Shown here: in pieces, positions 33,483 through 34,900 of the stretch
Layout of the letters: the number at the start of each line of letters is the position of its first letter
How positions within the stretch are numbered: the first letter of the stretch is position 1
DNA from: Euryarchaeota archaeon UBA36
Lineage (GTDB): Archaea; Thermoplasmatota; Poseidoniia; Poseidoniales; Thalassarchaeaceae
NCBI GenBank assembly: GCA_002496485.1
Contig: DAJW01000119.1
Span: forward strand, 1-34,900
Direction of reading: 5' to 3'
Length of the DNA: 34,900 bases
Notes under the pieces: model-generated
The model's input: the letters and a program-made list of their open reading frames with translations, nothing else
What the model was told of the DNA's origin: nothing
The model's database searches: none
Program-made: the position numbers and the translations under genes

Positions 33483-34900
33483 ATGGTTGTGGCGGAGATG
33501 CCTTTGTTAGATACACCAGCACTCAGAGGTAATCCGTTTGATATGAGGCCAATCGAAAGATCAAGGAGCCATGAGATAGTAGCCAGAGATGAAATACTGA
33601 TTGAATATAGGGAACACATACATTCCTATTCACCACGAATGAAATTAATAGTAGGAGATCATGGCTCAGGAAAATCTTCTCTAATAAACGTACTTTCATC
33701 CTTTACGGATCGATTCTATGTGGGGCAATATTGGCATGAAGAAGAAGTTTTAAGAAAAGTATTAACAGAAATACTTGTTACTTTTGGAGACTATGAGGTC
33801 CCTAGAACTATGAATTTAACGATCGACAAACTAGTCGAAAAATTAGAATCTGAAAATGGCCCATTGCCACTCATTGCTCTAGATTACCCGTCCACTGTCC
33901 CTCTATCCGAATTTCTTTCGCTAATATGCCCAATTTTTCAACGTCTTAGGGCATTCATTGTTATTTCTCTTAATCACTCACAACTAAACTCATTAGATGA
34001 ATCCGTAATCAAAATATTCGACCCACCTTTTGAACTTAAACCACTAAAAGAAAATGAAATCCAGAAACTTTGCGATAAGAGGATTATGAAGATGGCCAAT
34101 GAAAGATGGAAGTTAAGTACAATTCTACTAGAATCAATCCAGAAAACCTCTGGCGGTAATGTGGGCTCAATTATTAGGATACTTAGGGATATTATAGATG
34201 AAAAAAGAGGACTAGGTTGCGAGGGCACCTATCAAAGAATTATTTCATGGAACAAGCCAAACATAATATCCCAAGACGGCAAAAAAAATACTGATCAATC
34301 ACCATACAAAGAAGCAATATCACCAGAGAGAAAGAATGAAGATATATATCTAGAATCAGATGAGGAAAAAGATGAAGAAAAATTAACAAAAGGATATGAT
34401 GATAGTCCGACAGAATTTGAACAATATCTTTCTCAAACTATCAAAATGGAAAGCCATCAAAATACAGGAAATTATGAAGAATTCCAAAATCAAATTGAAG
34501 AAGATGAGGAAGAAAGAATCTTACGTTTAAATTTAGAAAATATAGATAATCAAAAGATAACAGAATGGACAGAAAATCATAAAAAACTTCAATCTGATAA
34601 TAAAAAAATAATACTTACAAATACTCCAAATAATGGTTTTTCAGGTTTGATGAATAGATCAAGAAATGCTTCAAAAGATATGCCGTCAGGAGATCCAGAA
34701 AATATTCCAGTAATGGACTCAGATTTTCCGGCTAACATAGATAGAAAAAAAGAAAAAATATATCCAATAAAATCCGGTTTCAAAAACCAAACTTCTAATC
34801 AGTATCGACTCGATAATCTCCCATCTAAAATCGATATAGACGATAAGAGTGTATTCTCATCGGAAGGAGAACAATGGACAGTAGATTCAGCATTCGAGGA
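33483..34900 (+). CDS. AAA+ / Orc1-Cdc6-like P-loop ATPase with a long low-complexity C-terminal region, 3'-truncated by the window edge (not in the supplied ORF track)
   Basis: I translated this frame codon by codon from ATG 33483 to the window end and found 472 codons with no stop. N-terminus: NPFDMRPIERSRSHEIVARDEILIEY...KLIVGDHGSGKSSLINVL (Walker A). LPLIALDY is Walker-B-like. AFIVISLNH is sensor-1-like. FDPPFELKPLKENEIQKLCDKRI and GGNVGSIIRILRDI correspond to the lid and sensor-2 region of Orc1/Cdc6. About 220 aa of K/E/N/D-rich sequence follow. Confidence 0.7.
   Translation, partial: MVVAEMPLLDTPALRGNPFDMRPIERSRSHEIVARDEILIEYREHIHSYSPRMKLIVGDHGSGKSSLINVLSSFTDRFYVGQYWHEEEVLRKVLTEILVTFGDYEVPRTMNLTIDKLVEKLESENGPLPLIALDYPSTVPLSEFLSLICPIFQRLRAFIVISLNHSQLNSLDESVIKIFDPPFELKPLKENEIQKLCDKRIMKMANERWKLSTILLESIQKTSGGNVGSIIRILRDIIDEKRGLGCEGTYQRIISWNKPNIISQDGKKNTDQSPYKEAISPERKNEDIYLESDEEKDEEKLTKGYDDSPTEFEQYLSQTIKMESHQNTGNYEEFQNQIEEDEEERILRLNLENIDNQKITEWTENHKKLQSDNKKIILTNTPNNGFSGLMNRSRNASKDMPSGDPENIPVMDSDFPANIDRKKEKIYPIKSGFKNQTSNQYRLDNLPSKIDIDDKSVFSSEGEQWTVDSAFE

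Noticed and set aside
33974-34783. Minus-strand ORFs 33974..34228 and 34589..34783 from the track
   Set aside because: They are antisense to the 472-codon open plus-strand frame that carries Walker A and AAA+ motifs, so the plus-strand gene explains the region.
1-34900. Search by eye for CRISPR arrays, tRNA/rRNA genes, IS elements, integrases and toxin-antitoxin or defence gene pairs
   Set aside because: Non-coding gaps are short (at most 253 bp) and AT-rich. None shows tRNA-like GC-rich stems or regularly spaced repeats of 24 bp or more. No ORF shows transposase, integrase or nuclease-defence motifs. I cannot run tRNAscan or Infernal, so small ncRNAs embedded in coding regions cannot be excluded.

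Overview
AT-rich, very gene-dense segment: about 33 long ORFs, almost all of it coding, with many 1-20 nt start/stop overlaps. It is clearly archaeal. It encodes TATA-binding protein, archaeosine tRNA-guanine transglycosylase, archaeal-type (CTP-dependent) riboflavin kinase, a SepF-like protein, mevalonate kinase and HMG-CoA reductase. TATA-like boxes sit about 25 nt upstream of several start codons, implying leaderless mRNAs, and GTG/TTG starts are frequent. A class II HMG-CoA reductase, heterotrophy genes (acyl-CoA dehydrogenase, Kbl, citrate synthase) and a 1159-aa CARDB/PKD surface protein suggest a marine Thermoplasmatota (MG-II/III-like) genome; this is inference only. I saw no rRNA, tRNA, CRISPR array, transposase or integrase by eye. 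Content is mostly housekeeping, but several items deserve a second look. (1) The only large non-coding gap (33230-33482) holds about 9 copies of AAGCGTTAAT/ATTAACGCTT in nested inverted and helical-phase arrangement. It lies directly upstream of a long open-ended ORF missing from the supplied track, which encodes a divergent Orc1/Cdc6-like AAA+ ATPase. This is a candidate origin or operator array. (2) A five-gene ABC-2 operon (14234-20157) has two ATPase/permease pairs, a roughly 270-aa Asp/Trp/Cys-rich DxDxDG loop in one permease, and a Trp-rich AttH/tocopherol-cyclase-like protein. (3) A glycerophosphodiester-phosphodiesterase homologue carries its N-terminal HRG strand at the extreme C-terminus, an apparent circular permutation. 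(4) The TBP has a roughly 54-aa acidic insertion in repeat 2. (5) The ArcTGT lacks the CxCxxC zinc motif. (6) A fused large+small aconitase-X protein is translationally coupled to ArcTGT. All family calls rest on motif recognition by eye, not on database searches.
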